DNA of 36,672 nt from assembly GCA_000934665.2 (NCBI GenBank), contig JYFJ02003886.1, forward strand, positions 1-36,672, given 5' to 3'. How positions within the stretch are numbered: position 1 is the first letter of the stretch; each line of letters opens with the position of its first letter. A program made the translations under genes and the position numbers. The stretch is from Catajapyx aquilonaris (lineage: Eukaryota). Shown in pieces: positions 12,690 to 25,700 of this stretch. The notes beneath the pieces were generated by a model that saw nothing but the letters and a program-made list of their open reading frames with translations, did not search any database and was not told where the DNA came from.

Positions 12690-13035
12690 CTCTGGGTTTA
12701 AACTTAGCTCTAGCTGGCCCTTTTTATGGCTCCCCCACCCCCTTGTCTTCCACCAGTCCCCTTTTTCTCCCTAGTCCATTGCGGTCGGTGGACACAGCTT
12801 CAACCACAGCTCCTTCACACCCGCTCTCGTTAAGACCGAGTGCACAGCCGATCGTTCGCCGATGACTTCGACTCGAATTATGGGGAAGGTACCCGCGAGT
12901 GACACAGCTGCTGCACCCGGACTTGAGTGGTTACCTAAGTCTTCTGCAAAGGGTGGGGGATTTATGAAGTGACATGTGGTATTGTACTACTAAGATTTAT
13001 CGAGGCAGCCCCTGGGGTGCCTCTATTTATAGATT
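12690..13035 (-). promoter_or_regulatory. Putative internal muscle promoter of projectin
   Basis: TATA-like/CArG-like CCATAAAAAGG at 12729-12719; perfect MEF2 consensus CTATTTATAG at 13023-13032; E-box CAGCTG at 12905-12910; four CACAGC copies (12793, 12805, 12843, 12903); CpG-rich UTR-like sequence downstream. Confidence 0.5.
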
Positions 13036-14516
13036 GAGTCCCGGTAAATAATGGGCAGAGGCAGCAGTGGAGCAGCGAGAGATAAATTTCATGCAGCTAA
13101 AAAAAAATGTTTTATTTTTTATTTTTATATCAGCCAGCTTGTGAATACCCTCGGTGCGCAATCAAATGGCACGGGTGAATCTCACCAAAGTGCGTCAAAA
13201 CAGGCTGGGGATGCGAATTAAATAGGAACGAAGTATCATATTGCTAATCTTATGACATTATACTTATAAAATGTGAATAGTGCTTCAATCAGATTTTCGC
13301 AATTACCATAGGGCAGGCAAGTGATTCCATCGTAAAGATTCATATATGAAGCATTCTTTCTATCCCTCGACATTCAATAAAAATATGGGGTTTACTTCAA
13401 GGGTGGCCAATGATTGCCCAATTCTCCTAATATGAACACATTAACAACAGCAGCAGCAGTTTTTGACCCGGAATTTTCCATTTTAGGATCATCAGTGACG
13501 TAATGACAATGTGTTACGAAACAACAACGTGTTCAGAACTTTTACGACAAAGGAGGAGAGGTATCTCCCTTTAAAAAGAGATTAGAGGAATGGTGCCTGA
13601 CAGTCTCTATCTCAGCACTCTCGCATCTCTTCAAGTATTCGGGTCTTGCATGGTATTTAGCAACAAACTGCGCCCTTCGCGCACCAAGTGTTTCCAAATA
13701 ATGCACGTTTAAAAAAAGGGTTGTTGTGCATGTGAAAGTGTAAAGAGAAGGATACTGTGCATCAGAGTCATTATATCGCTAAGCTGCCATAATATTCCTG
13801 AGCAGACGCAGTCCGGCGCAAGCAAGAAGCGTTCCAAGAAAGCAAACAGTTTTGCAGTAAGTAAACCAGTTAAGAAGCCGAACAAACTTTGCAGCTGCTA
13901 AAGATATTTTTGTAGCATAAAGTCGGTTTCCTACGGAATAAAACAGTTGGCTTGGAATCGTTGCAAGGAAAAGAATGCGCGAGTCTGCACTGCTTCAAGT
14001 CTTTAACGTCTTGGCAGGGTGTTTACAGCCGCCATCATTTCGGAGTTTGGCATGTGCTTCTACTGCTCTAATTACGAGGCAGATTCTTGCGCAAACACTA
14101 CATGCCATCCGAAGAACTGTGTCGCCTATATCTCAGATACACTCGCAAATAAACATTTGCAGTGGTGGGGGAAGATTTGGCATGCTTACCAGGCGAGTGA
14201 CCCGCCTGGAGAAAATCCGACAATCTTAGCTCAAGTGTTTATCATTAGCTTGTCTGTGGTCCAAAATACCAAACGCCTCTTGCCCTTAGCGGAAACGAAT
14301 TTCCGTGCCCAGGTGAGAAACCCGTCGCAGCTCGGCTGACTACCCGGACTAGTTCGAGTTTTTCACTTTGTGAAAAAAATTAACTTACATTTAGCATCAT
14401 GATGCAATCATATACCAAGAGGTGCCCTGAACACCTTATCACATTATTGTGACGAACAGTTTAACGTTACAATTTAACTATCACATTAACACAGAAATAT
14501 GTAATAATTAACTTAC

Positions 14517-14538
14517 TTCTCTCGCGGTTCGTCGACAG
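14517..14538 (-). CDS. bt: Projectin 22-nt microexon encoding the Ig1-Ig2 linker (P)VDEPRE(K)
   Basis: Minus strand reads TTTTGATTTCAG|CTGTCGACGAACCGCGAGAGAA|GTAAGT. It enters in phase 1 and leaves in phase 2, exactly bridging the flanking exons. The product PVDEPREK-QIDG matches the insect linker PADEPKEK-QIDG. Confidence 0.93.
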
Positions 14539-16086
14539 CTGAAATCAAAACCAAAAATTGCATTTTAGTACTAATAACGACGGGTGTTCCATGCCATGCG
14601 TACCCACATGCATTATTATTTAATCTACACCATTAATATTTAATACACTGTGCAATATCTTAACTGAAACAAAAGAACAAGCGTTAGAGCAGGTCTGAAA
14701 TAAAAGGAGACGCTCATTCTATTTTGATGGCCGAACTTCCCGAATAAATGTGCGGGTGATTGACACACCCTAGATCTTGTTCTCTGCTGAAGTGCATTTT
14801 ATCGCAGACAGACCGATTCCATTTACAGCACCCGTCGCTGTTTATTTTGTTAAATGTTACAGCATCATTCTGCACGCCCTTGGCAGACGCATTTAAGACA
14901 AGCAGTATGTACGCATCACTGCCTCACATAATGAGTTGCGAAATGTGCAAAAATAAAGTTCCGACTCTCCGAATTAGCAAGGCCCGAAGCAATGCCCCAT
15001 ATCAGCAATAATTATGTTGACGTCTGCTAATAATACAAGGGCATAATAACTTGTGTGAGAGGTGTCCAACTGAGCCCTTCCTGGCAATCCCAAAATTGAC
15101 GGCTACCTCTCCCTGTCAATGTAAGTGGATTTGGCTGCTGCCCTCTTGAGCAGGGTCCAAAGCAAGCCCCATTCCTGAAGCGAATCCGATCCCTCGACCG
15201 ACTTGGGCGTGGAACAAGTTAAAAATAAGCTTGGCCCACCAGGAAAAGGCCCGGGGCAGCACTAGAGTCAGTGTAGAAAAAAAGTCCAGAAAAAATAATG
15301 ACAATAAAGTGTGGTTGACGGAGACGGCAGCAAGTGAGGTGACAAAGTTCGAACTTGGGAGCGATCATGGCTTTTCCAAAATACGTCTGTCAAGGCCGAC
15401 CTAGATTCGACATATGCTGTAACGTCTCGTGGAGTCAAAGTAAACAGTAAACAAGTGTTGCAGTGAAGGTAAAGGGGGCAGTAAAAAGCCAGAAGGGCCC
15501 GATACTCCATTCTGGCACTGTTCGCAATTTGCTACTGCAGAGTACAGTAGTTACAGTTGAAGTATTTCGACTAATCGTCCCGTCACCCTCGCATTATGTA
15601 TGCCAATTCCTGGTTCATTCATTCGAGATGTTCGCCTGAGTGCAGTTAATTTGACACTCGCACATCAACAAGTGATGTGCCAATTGAGTTGTGACTGTCA
15701 ATAAATCAATTGAAGGGTAAACATGTTTTTAAAAATATCGCCCGCAAATAGCTTATTGAGAGTTACGACTGGGTTGCCAAAACTGTTTTTTAACGTTCGG
15801 AAGTTGTGCACCTGAATGAGCGTGCTGGCATATACCTTTCAATGCTTCTTTTATGAACAGTCACAACATGCGACCTTGCACGGTCCGGACCCTGGCAAGT
15901 CCGGAAGTCAACCTAAATGCAGACTCGCATTGCAGCACCACGTCTGCAAACTTGTCAAAAAGCAAAACGCCTGGCATACCATACCTTCCCAGATAAAATG
16001 ACGGCTGGAATATTTCAAAAGTTTTCCACCACGACACTGGGAGGTCGTGCCAGCAGGCCTTGACAATGGCAAATGTGTGTACTTAC

Positions 16087-16399
16087 GACTAAAGTTGAGG
16101 TTGATGGAAGCCGCAACATCGCCGTGCTTGTTCTTAGCCTTAACCTTGTAAAGCCCAGCATCAGTTTCGACGACGTCGTCCAACTCCAGGACGACGAGGA
16201 ACTTGTTGGGTCCTATCTCAGTGGTCCGGAACACAGTGCGTCGGTCCTCCTTGAGCTGCGTGTCGCCCCGGAACCAGCAGATTTCCGGTTTAGGCGAAGA
16301 CAGCATCTGGCACTCGAAGATGAGGCGATTGCCATCATCTTCCTGTCGAAGTTGCGGCTTCTGGGTCACACTAGGGGCGAAGTCCTCGGCGGCCCCCAT
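16087..16399 (-). CDS. bt: Projectin/twitchin first coding exon (Ig1 domain), MGAAEDFAPSVTQKPQLRQEDDGNRLIFECQ...ASINLNFS
   Basis: Translation closely resembles the insect projectin N-terminus (MGVAEDFAPSF..KPQL..LELDDVVETDAGLYKVKAKNK.G.V.ASINLNF). ATG at 16399; donor C|GTAAGT at 16087/16086 (phase 1). A likely acceptor TTTCTTTTCGCACAG| lies at 16536/16535, so 16535-16400 would be 5'UTR. Confidence 0.96.
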
Positions 16400-18426
16400 G
16401 GCTCCAGCCGCCAGGACCTGTCTCTCCGATCAGGTCCTGTCTCTTGCCTCCTCTTTCAGCACACCTCTCTGTACCTTCCCCTCCTCGGTGCGTGGTCACC
16501 GGCCGGAAAAAATGCCCAAGCTATCCTATGCAGATCTGTGCGAAAAGAAATCAATGTCAGTACGCAGAATGTTTTCAAATAACTTATGTGGTGCTTTCAC
16601 AGCAAAACCGCTAGCCCGGCATACCAGTTTTACACACTTATCATCCACGCAATCAACGGTCTAAGTGTCAAATAGATATTTTTCACACCATATGCCTACT
16701 TCCTATAATAGTGACGGGTAGGAAGTATATATGAAAAGACCACGTGTCCCAGATTTAAATATCGGAAAATGCACATCACAAGTCTTGAAATTATTCTTGC
16801 TGCAAATAATTATTGTCATATGTATATTGGGGGTCAAAATATCATCTAATATTGCCTAATAGAAACTACCGCAATGAAAACATGAGACATGGCATTCTCC
16901 AACTTGAGCCAGCCATAGAAGAGATCCTGTTTATCACCCTGACTTGACTTCATTCACTGTGTACTGGGAAAACAAGCGCATTAATATATTTTGTAACTTT
17001 GGAAAACACGGTGTCCAGATTCCTCATTATTTTGGGTAGTTTCCTATTTTTCTCCCTGGACATAACTCTTACAATGCACACAAGATGCTGATACTGCGCC
17101 CTTGTCCCGCTCGAAGGCTCCCTCGGGCTTCCATTTGCAAGCAACAGCCCATCCATGACCTTCAGACTCGCGTTTCAGTTGGTACTTCCTTGGCGCAAAA
17201 TAGGTACACATTATGCAATAACATTATGAATGAAGATTTTTTCCCCCCACCGCCTTGATAGAAACTAGTGCAGAGAACGGTCTCCTCCAGACTTCGCATG
17301 AATCCTAACGCATAATGGATCGTGATTCCGGTTGTCATTATAAGATGTGACTGAGTTGCTGCAACTGCCAGACATGAACATACAGTACAACACACGTATG
17401 TAGACTGTTTCTACTGTTGTGGAGCGACGCTATATGAACGATCGAACATCGAGTCGATTTGCTCCTGGCGACTAGCTAACCTATGCGCCTCTCTTGTTCG
17501 CCACGCTGCATAGTTACAAGGGGCGATCGGCATCGCGGCCTACCCCTCGCAAGTATGCTACGCGTTGAACAATTGCGTCGCTTGAGTCATCTGTGTGCCA
17601 GGATGAAGAGAGTGAACTGTATCAATATCCTCCACAGGCAATGGGGGAAAAAAAAAAGTGTGAAGTGTGGGGAGATTAGGGAAACACAAGAAAAAGAGCT
17701 GCTCTCATGTCAAAATACCGGATACTTCTGTCATCAATAATAACCTAACAGTAGGCTACTTTCTCATTAAGCAAGTCCATAAACCGACGGACGGTTCTGC
17801 TATAGTCCCGCTTACAAAATTGCAAAAAATTACATTTCGATAACACAACACTTTTCATTAAATATGTCGAGGAAATAACCACATGCACTATTATTCCCGA
17901 TCGCAGTTGTACAGAGTATTATAGAACATGGCAACAGGATATAACAGGAACATAATTTTTTCAGTGAGCTATACCACTATAATGACTATATAAACCTTAA
18001 AACCAGTTAATATGAATATTCTGCTGAAGTTATCTAAGGGGAATTTGGTTGATGCGGAAAGCAGTCCCTAACCTTAGATATGTTCAACACCTCAATTGTA
18101 ATGTACACTGTCCAGCAATTTATAAGTACTGGAAGAAGTGTTGTATACATGAGACCTTACAATACGTAACTCAACTGTAAAGTTCTGGCACAATTCCAGC
18201 CGATTTGGCTACTTATGTGTTGAGCATTCAGTCTACAGATCACATCGACAGGCTGTCAACAAGTCACTTTCAACTTTAAAACTAAGCAATGAAGCCAGGT
18301 TAGATTCGCATCTGGCAAGACTTTATGAGTCAGTCCTGTCAAGAGTGTATTTAAATGACGCGCAAGTGCAGATGGCAACACACGTGGCAAATAAAAATAA
18401 ATAATATACAGGATGGAGAAGCAAAC

Positions 18427-18640
18427 TACAGCCGGCCCCCGGTTATCCGCGGTTTGAAAATATGAAATAAATATTCAGGAAAAACATTAAATTTCAATAT
18501 TACAGCACGCATTTTATTTCAGTACACTTTTGTATTGCTACACCTGTCCTATTATATTTTTTATTGTTTTCGTTGATGTCTAAATGTGTATCATTCGTAA
18601 ATGAAACTTCGAATCGTATATAAATATAAATATGTTTCCG
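18427..18640. mobile_element. Tigger/pogo (MER2-like) element fragment
   Basis: Starts TA CAGCCGGCCCCCGGTTATCCGCGG...AAATATTCAGGAAAA, resembling a MER2/Tigger terminus. The other end was not found. Confidence 0.5.
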
Positions 18641-20611
18641 AAAATTGTGTCATCGTATTATTGCAACAATTGAAAACACCCTGCCACTACACGTGAACAT
18701 GTCCTAACTTTCAAGCCATCTCCGGGACTTTCCAACAATAATGATTCTAGCGTACTGAACTATGGCTATAGAAAGGGGAATATATTATAAGTTCACTACT
18801 TTTACGTTAATCTCTGTATTCATGGAGCAATCCTCTAATAATTGTCTCTTTCTCAATTCGTGCCACAATGTCGTCCTGTGGTCAGCGTGGGCCTAAAGCC
18901 TTTCTACAATAGGTGGCAATAGACTATTTTGTGGCCAATTTTTAAAACCTTTTGTGAGCCTTAACTCCATTGCTTTTTTAGCTGCAATTTTCCTCAATTA
19001 TAGAAATTCGCATTATCTACCTCAAGAAAGATGTGGCAAGAAAACGTATTCATATGTATCCAGCAAATTGTGCTTAGCAACTGTCATTCCCATAACACCA
19101 CGGAAATAGCCAATTCTTGGAGAACATCAGTACTAAAAGTTTATCCACTTGTGACAGAGACACGTCATATAAAGTAGTTCATACAGGTTTACCACCCTAT
19201 AACACCATTACCTAAGTTGCTTTTAACAAGTTTAAAATTAAGTCACATCAGACAGAGCTATTTCTAATGTTGGCATGCACTTCGCTTTAATTTCAACACG
19301 TCTGCTACTACATACCCTAACTCCATGACTCTTCCGCCGATAAACAAGCTTCGTTCTGCGCAATTGGTCTATTTACTGCCCGGAATAATTCGTATTACAG
19401 TATCTCTTACACTTGGAACCCACAGAGGCAAAATGATTTATGATGCCGTAAGTAAAGCAGTGATCCCAGAATAACTTGGGCCAACTGCTGACTGCATTAA
19501 GGAATTCCGGGTTTAAATATTCCAAAGGCCTGTGTACTACTCGCCCCACTTCAAAATGCGGGCTCCCTTTTTCCTGATTTTATCCCCGCAGCCATTGCTG
19601 GCAAAGGCTCTCGAAAGAAAATAAGAAGAAAAAACAGCAGCGTTAAACTATGAAGGTGAGGGCCAAATGGGTCACACCAGGAAGTATGCTGGTGACGGAG
19701 AGAGATGGGGAAAGACAGCGGGCACTTTGGTCATTTGGACCGGTCGCGTGATTGTTATTGTCAGGGGGCAAGTTCTATAAAGTCAGCCAAAGTCAGGGTC
19801 TCGGTGTACGTGGGGATCTCCAAGAGCTCCTGTCATTCCTGCTGTTAAAATTAGAACGGCCTGATCACCCGACTAAAAATAAGGCCTCATAAATATTTCA
19901 AGTGAACAGACAAGCTTGGCACTGATGAGCTCACAAACGTTGGCAAATCCTAGAAGACATCCTAACTAATGAGACAAGTTTTTCCCACGAATTATTATTT
20001 CCAACGTGATTACGGATCGTTTCAAATCAACAAGAGTGCTGAGTGCTGATGTTTACAAATGACTTAATTCCTCTTGTACGGCAGTACACTGATTAAAACT
20101 GCGACACAAACTTTAAATATATAAGATAAGCTTGGAAAATATTTGTTCATTCACGCATGACTGGCCCATTACTACAGTGCAGTGCCAAAGCCTTTTGTTT
20201 ACTTCAAAAGAGTTACGCATGCTCTACAGTGCAAATCAAAGAGAACAGCAAGCAACTCGTCATTCTGGCGCGGAAGCAGAGAAACAACACGGCATGACGT
20301 GTTTATTTCATAAACGTATAAATAGAACCGGCCTAGAGTCCTTGCTGGTGGTCCAAGACGGTTCACCAAAGGGTACTGCGGTCAGAATCACAGGAACTTT
20401 GTCTTCAATAACTCAATTTTAAAATCTCACTAAAATACAGCATAATAATCCGAATTTATTGCAAAACAGTAGCATGACACAGTGATGATAATCGCCTGAG
20501 GAAAATGTTTTGCCCTGTCATTGCACCGACACAATGTCAATTATACTGTAATTTTTGAACACCTTGTTAGGTAATCATTCAAGTGAGATTCCTTTTTTAA
20601 TTGCCATTTAA

Positions 20612-20886
20612 TAATAATAATAATAATAATAATGGATACCCCGTGATAGGCCCCCTTGGGCCTCTTAGGGGATCATCTTTTAAATACCGACTTTAATCAT
20701 GGCCTGCGCTGTGATGGATTTTGACTGTGGGAGGAAACGGGAGAACCCCGAGAAAACCCACGCGAACACGGAGAGAACCCATCAAAACTCTATCCACATA
20801 AGTATCCTCCGTCCGACCCGGGGATCGAACTCGGGACCTTAGAGGTGGAAGGCTGCGGCGCTAACCACTCCGCCACCGTGTCGCCC
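20612..20886 (-). mobile_element. tRNA-derived SINE with V-domain-like core and (ATT)n tail
   Basis: A box TGGCGGAGTGG (20875-20865), B box GTTCGATCC (20830-20822), core GTTCTCTCCGTGTTCGCGTGGGTTTTCTCGGGGTTCTCCCGTTTCCTCCCACAGTC, 3' stem-loop, and 18-bp TSD TTTTTAATTGCCATTTAA (20594-20611 and 20887-20904). Confidence 0.92.
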
Positions 20887-22689
20887 TTTTTAATTGCCAT
20901 TTAAATATAATATAGAATAAAAACTAATGCCATTTTGAATTCTCAAAATGAATTGAGCTCTTACTCATACCAGTAAAGCTTTTACTTCTTCAATTTATAT
21001 ATTGGTCCAATTCTTGACAATTGCTTCATAATCGTTGTTCACTCGTGACAGATTATTAGATTCCACTGAAATTACTATGATACAGTTTCTTTAACAATCT
21101 GAAGCAGGATAATTCAGCTTTCTATCCTGAATGCATCAAAATCTAATAAATTTAATAAACTGTGCAATATGTGCAGTCCGATTCCTTCTATTGTTTCAGG
21201 CAGATTGGGTCAGATGGACACTGGAATGGGACATGAAATGAGATATGACCCGTTACCCTTAAAAAAGTAGTTTAACGGATAATTCCATTTTAATGGCTCT
21301 CCGGTCTGGGTCTGACGCCGTGGCGTACACATCAAAGGAGAAAGCGGTTGGGCATGCAATGCAAGTGCCTATATCCAACAGGTTTGTAGACATCCACAGT
21401 ATACAACGCTAATATCCACATAATCACAATTCACTAACGGCAGGTGAATCTCTTGACCCACGTCACTACTTTGCTTGGAGATATCCACTAATCCACTCGG
21501 AGGATGCACTTGGACGACTTACTCGAGGCGATATCCAGTTAATGTCAGAGAGGCCAGGTCCTCTTTGGCAGATACCATGCTTGGACTCCAACTACTGGAT
21601 CCAGCAACGTTACGGTTTTTACAGGCCACCCCTCTGCCATCCAACTATTTCCATCTCCGCTTAGATTCAACGCCCCGATATCAGAAATAGCTACCATCGC
21701 TTCCCAAACTTCCCTATCGCCCATTTTTATCTTGGCACACGCTCTGTTGGCAATAATGCAGCTTGTCGGAAAAGCGAGGAAAGTAGAGCCCGGTTCCCAC
21801 GGAAGGCGAAATTACTACAGCCGACTTACAAAAATCACCTTATTATTTCTTTTTAAAAAATAACAACAACCGATTAGTACGTCGCGATGATGCTTACAGT
21901 GCTCCAGCTATCAATCCGTAAACATTGCAATGATCATCACTTATTAAGATGTCTACATAAAAATCACTGGTTTGGATTGTTTGTGACCCAATTGTGCAAC
22001 ATTCCGGATTGCGCCTTGGGAAACCGCCAGAATTTTTAGGCACTATTTCCTTGTTATTTCTATAGCTTCCTCGAAGAAAAACGAGGTCAACGAAGTCGGC
22101 ATAATTGCAACACACCTATAACTGCAGCGTCCAACTAGTGTGCGTGCGCATACAGTAGAAGTCTATGCCCCTATTTTGTATATAGAAAAACAAGTAGAAT
22201 GTGCGGGGTTATTTCTTGCTCCATGAAAGGGTTTCCAGCTCTGTCGCGCCTTCAAATCACCCGTCATTTATCCGGAGATAAAGATCTTGGCAGGCAGGGT
22301 TTAGGAATCCAAGTTCTCAGTTTCCAGCGTGTTGCGTCTTCTATTAGTTAGGAAGTGAGTAATACCATTTCTTATAGTCACTCAGCTTGGGCATTCCTTT
22401 CATCCACCATGGAGGCAAAAGATTAAAATAAACCTCGAAGGGAGGATGTGCCCGACTTAATTTTTTCTGCGCCAAAATAGCAGTGTTCCTGGCAGATTTT
22501 CTTACTTCACACAGTCCGTCACCGGTCATCTGCGTATTAGAACCAACGTCACTTTATTTTTAAAAGTCGCTCAAGGTCCTTCTCCCCGCACTGTTAAGAC
22601 AGTCGCTCATCATTCAAACGCGAATCCTGATGAGCAACACGACACTCCTGATTGGTTGTAGATGGTGACGTCGATGTGCACTGGTATTC

Positions 22690-22715
22690 CTCTCTCTCTC
22701 TCACACACACACACA
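22690..22715 (+). repeat. Compound (CT)n(CA)n microsatellite
   Basis: Direct reading. Confidence 0.85.
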
Positions 22716-25700
22716 CTTCCTCCCTCCAAACTTTCAAATGGTCACTCTCCACAGGACACACATCACATGGTTCCAAGGATCACTTGACGAAACAAAGGTT
22801 AAAATATCTCACCTACATTCCACGTCACGATTTTATAAACAAATAGAAACATGCAGAAATTGCGACAATCAGGCATCATAAGTGCAAGAAATTGCGTGTA
22901 AGGTTATTAGCTGCATCTTTGGCCACACATGAAAAAAAACAGCGTCCCTGAAGCAGCATCCGGCACTGAACTGCATGGTATGCGAATACCCACCCTTACA
23001 AAAAATGTGTACAAAATTAATCCAATCCAGCACCGAACCTGGCCCCAATCACACGGCCGGATTGAGACCCAACGAACGCCAAATAACCTGCAATTTTCTC
23101 AATAAAATGTTCCGATAGGAGACGGATCTTACCGGCAGATTTTCCGGCAGGAACGCAAGCAACCCAACCCAGCAGGTTGTTCGAACCTGCTACACCTCGT
23201 GGCTCTTCCTCAAACTAAGGACCCCCCTCTTAAAAATAGATCTTTAGCCCGTTTGCAACGTCTGTAGGGCCACGACGGCGCTCGTAACCCAATCTGCGCT
23301 CTCCCGCCCTATCCATATATGTAAATTGCTCTTTCTAGACCACCCTCTCTCTCCTCTTACCCCCATTTTTCCTCATGCACACCCTTAGGATCTAGGTTCA
23401 TGCTCTCTACTGTCCTATATCTACAACTGTCACACATCAAAACGGTCAGAAATTTCTGAGGTGGTCAACCCTCCTGGGAAAATTTACATGGCCAAGTGCT
23501 GGAAGAGCAGTCATGCCGAAGAAACAAAGAGCTGGTGCGATTGGGTTCCGCTGGCACCGGGTGTGGGCTGGAAAGTGACCCGCTTGCCAGTGGAGGTTCT
23601 CAACAGCAAAAGGGGTGTGGTCCCCCCGCAGGCCATAATTAGATGGAGCATGGCCCTAGGATGGGCAATAAGCGCAAGACGTTCCCATTCACAAAAGCTT
23701 GCCTTGGTAACTTTAACCGTGTGGTGCAACGGAACCAAATTTTGGTTGCAAACCTTTGGTCCAGTGACACACCGAAGGTTGACACTCTGTTAGGTAGCAT
23801 GTAAAAATAGTTGGCAGTGGGCGAGACCCCCCCGACACCAAACCACATCGACGATTTGGAGGAGTCGTGCCAGGCTACCAGTTTGTGATTGCACGTGAGA
23901 GAAGTCGGAACCGTGCACTATAGCCTTGCGCTCAGTCCAAAATGAGAGGGGGAAAGTCAGGTCCACGGACGAGTTTGTTTTGGCACATAATTTATAAGCT
24001 CTGGATTATCTTCAAGTCGCATCTTCTGGCAACAAAGGAAAAAAAAAAGTGGGAAGGACGGAATTTAGGGGTACTTCGTAGAAAAGAAGGCCATGCCCCC
24101 CTTCTTTCCCAGGCAGGGCATGATGACTCCAGTTTCATCTGGCAATAGATGCATAAAAATTGTGTTCTGCGCGTCAAGTCCAATATTTTTGGCAACCATC
24201 CCCGACTCTTTGCAGTAATGTTTCTTCTGCATCCTATTTTACCGCAACCGCACCTGCTTCGTCGAGCTTGCCAGGACTGTATATCCGATGTTACGCAATC
24301 TCTGCCATACATGTGTTTGCCATTCAATTCCCCGTCCTATCAAAGCAGTCAACGGTTAGATAATAAGACCTTATTAATTGCTTAGGACATGATAAACAAG
24401 GTCAGAGTTTCTTACCCACTACTGTAAGAGGCATTCGGATGGCCAACGTGTGCGAAACTTACCGGTTGAAAAAATTTAACCGTATTCCATGGAGATAAAT
24501 AGTTAATTTAACCTAGTTTAGCAGTGCCACAAAATCAACCGCAAAAAAATTAGTTATAATACATGAGTTTTGTACTATATGCAGCAGAGTGCATGCCCGA
24601 CACAATGTATACAAGGCTTATATTCTAAAATCCGTAAAATCATGGATGGAAAGAATCACTTACTGTGTACGCACCTGCAATTAGTCCAGCTGGAATTCCA
24701 CAAAGAACGCAAAATATAACTTGGAAGTTATGACAGCCATGCTGTTGAAAAACACTATGCTTAATCGTTCTGTGGCATATAATTATGTTAAGTATTTTAC
24801 AAAAAATTCCTTGAATAACTCGGCATTCTGCACAGTTGGCTTACTAAAAACGCACCAAATTACAATCAGTCACCTGGTGTATCTCACTGCGACACAAAGT
24901 ACGCTTATTTATAGGAGACAGCGGGCGTTAAATAGGTGTTAATTACGGAAGTGAATCCAAACCTGGCGAAGAAAATGCGGGCATGCAGCACACTCTGCTC
25001 ATCCACAATGCAGAATAATGGGATGGCAGTACTCCCAGCCATGCTGGCCGAGAAAAAAAAAAGAAGGGGAAGAGCTCATCCAATATATTACACGGGTCAT
25101 CGCCTCATTTTAAGCAGATCGAGGGCAGCCCCGGGGCCAACACCCTCTGCGCCTCAAATAGTTCGTCCCCCAGCAGCCTCGCTTCCAATCGTTCAGCTGA
25201 GGCAACCCCACAGAGCTCGATATTCCTGAGAATCTATTTCGCACAATATATGCCAAAATGGAGGCCGAGAATTAATCCGAAACAGCTGCTCTCGGCCCAC
25301 GCACCTGCTAGCACTATTATTTCTCTTGGCTGCCTATTTTCAACCGACACATGGAAAATGTCATGTTTACAAAGTCTAGCTACCAAAGGAGCAGTTATTT
25401 CCGCTTTATGATGGATGGTCGAGCTATCCTGTCATCTGGTAATACTTGATTTGCTAATCCCTTTCCGCGAATGTGGCCAAATGTGACGTGGCCAAGTTTT
25501 ACTTATTAAATTATTTACGTCCTCCACTGTAATAAATCCAGCATGTTGGCCTAATTGGACCACCCCGTATATATAGGTCAGTCGGATGAAGCAAGCAATA
25601 TTGTGATCTGAACATTAGGGAGTCAGCACAATTCTGGTATGCAGCGGCCCATGGACTGGTGGGTGGAGACCTCAAAGTGACATTGCTCTCCTCTTGCACC

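Noticed and set aside
16073..16664. Plus-strand ORFs of 169 and 153 aa
   Set aside because: They are antisense shadows of the GC-rich projectin Ig1 exon. The ORFs at 932-1213 and 6697-6966 are the same kind of shadow.
20800..20886. tRNA gene
   Set aside because: The A and B boxes belong to a SINE head followed by a core, tail and TSD, and there is no complete cloverleaf.
23400..24400. Cluster of overlapping 67-111 aa ORFs
   Set aside because: No recognisable domain or consistent exon structure; possibly an old repeat that I cannot assign.
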